Positions 63,412 to 64,000 of a stretch of DNA of 64,000 nt are shown piece after piece; the first letter of the stretch is position 1; each line of letters starts with the position of its first letter. Source of the DNA: Candidatus Omnitrophota bacterium (GTDB lineage: Bacteria; Omnitrophota; Gorgyraeia; Zapsychrales; Fredricksoniimonadaceae); contig JABDGZ010000003.1 of NCBI GenBank assembly GCA_013285735.1, positions 19,756-83,755 on the forward strand, read 5' to 3'. A program made the position numbers and the translations under genes. The notes below the pieces were generated by a model. It worked only from the letters and a program-made list of their open reading frames with translations, searched no databases and was not told the DNA's origin.

Positions 63412-64000
63412 ATGAGCGCACGTATTTTTATTAGAAATGATGATGTTGCTACGCTTGAGCCGAGATTTCAATTCTTTTTTAAGGCGGCCTTTGAACGTGA
63501 GATCCCGATTGTTCATGCTGTCATTCCAGGGAAAATGGACCCGGCGTTGGTCGCATTTTTATTGCGTTATAAACAAGAACGTCCAGATTTAATTGACATT
63601 GTCCAGCATGGTTGGATGCATACCAATCATGCCGTTCAAACGGGCGCTAAATATGAGTTTGGCCAAGCGCGTCATTCTCAATATCAAGAGGAGGATATTC
63701 ATCAGGGCCTTCAACGGATGGAAGAGGCTTTTGGGAAATGCTGGACTTCTGCCTTTGTTCCGCCTTATCATGGTTATAATGAACAAACTTTAAGAATCCT
63801 TGAGGGCAAGGGATTTCAAATTTTCTCAGCTAATTACGGTGGTTTAGCGTCTCATCGTATGAAAAATTGTCCTACCCATATTTCCTTCACGGATTATGTA
63901 AGAGGACAAAAGCTCATCAAGCAGGCAGATTTGATAAAAGGGCAGCTGTTGAAAAGCCTTGTGTCTTGCCCAATAATAGGAATTTTAACTCATCATGAAG
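63412..64000 (+). CDS. Polysaccharide-deacetylase-like protein, N-terminal part (runs off the window; not in the ORF track)
   Basis: The ATG at 63412 is open to the end of the window. Reads MSARIFIRNDDVATLEPRF...VQHGWMHTNH...PPYHGYN, an RxDD and His-rich metal-site pattern like NodB/DUF2334-type deacetylases. Confidence 0.5.
   Translation, partial: MSARIFIRNDDVATLEPRFQFFFKAAFEREIPIVHAVIPGKMDPALVAFLLRYKQERPDLIDIVQHGWMHTNHAVQTGAKYEFGQARHSQYQEEDIHQGLQRMEEAFGKCWTSAFVPPYHGYNEQTLRILEGKGFQIFSANYGGLASHRMKNCPTHISFTDYVRGQKLIKQADLIKGQLLKSLVSCPIIGILTHHE

Noticed and set aside
1-64000. CRISPR arrays, tRNA/rRNA genes, transposases, integrases, prophage genes and classical toxin-antitoxin pairs.
   Set aside because: I saw no spaced direct-repeat arrays, no tRNA-like T-arm/acceptor combinations, no DDE or tyrosine-recombinase motifs and no phage structural genes while reading both strands. 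A tool-based scan could still find small elements I missed.

Overview
This 64-kb window looks like it comes from a diderm bacterium; I did not attempt a taxon call. No rRNA, tRNA, CRISPR array, transposase or integrase was seen.

The left ~38 kb is densely packed, mostly plus-strand housekeeping and envelope genes:
- a TolC/HlyD/ABC-2 exporter
- a lipid-modification cluster with two CFA-synthase-like methylases, an FAD oxidoreductase, DUF1365, DUF1295 and an SGNH hydrolase
- a metal-homeostasis patch (Cys-rich micro-protein, CDF transporter, SlyD)
- SulP, ppx-ppk and a glycogen operon (ROK glucokinase, glgB, small wHTH, GH57, malQ)
- an envelope thiol-redox patch (DsbA-like, MauE/DoxX-like, exported Memo-AMMECR1 fusion, HTTM-DCC fusion)
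- rodA, then a pilin-less MshEN / PilB / PilB / MshEN / PilC module

A class II Fic protein with a C-terminal HTH follows, preceded by repeated palindromes.

The most unusual part is 39,985-63,378, which looks more AT-rich and accessory.
- It opens with a His-Xaa-Ser (Hxs)-like radical-SAM peptide-maturation module: an HxsD-like gene, an HxsB-like rSAM/SPASM gene and a 91-aa precursor-like ORF with a Thr/His/Asn/Ser-rich tail.
- It continues through six more radical-SAM genes, seven in total.
- It also carries an A24 prepilin-peptidase-like gene, kinase/DUF2064/DUF3419 genes, GT-C, GT9, a Cys-less AsnB-like enzyme, a DegT aminotransferase and a methyltransferase-like gene.
- It is bracketed by two paralogous glycosyltransferases in inverted orientation. 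Each overlaps the 3' end of a radical-SAM/SPASM gene convergently.

I could not match this combined architecture to any described pathway. All family assignments rest on motifs read by eye and need HMM or BLAST confirmation.
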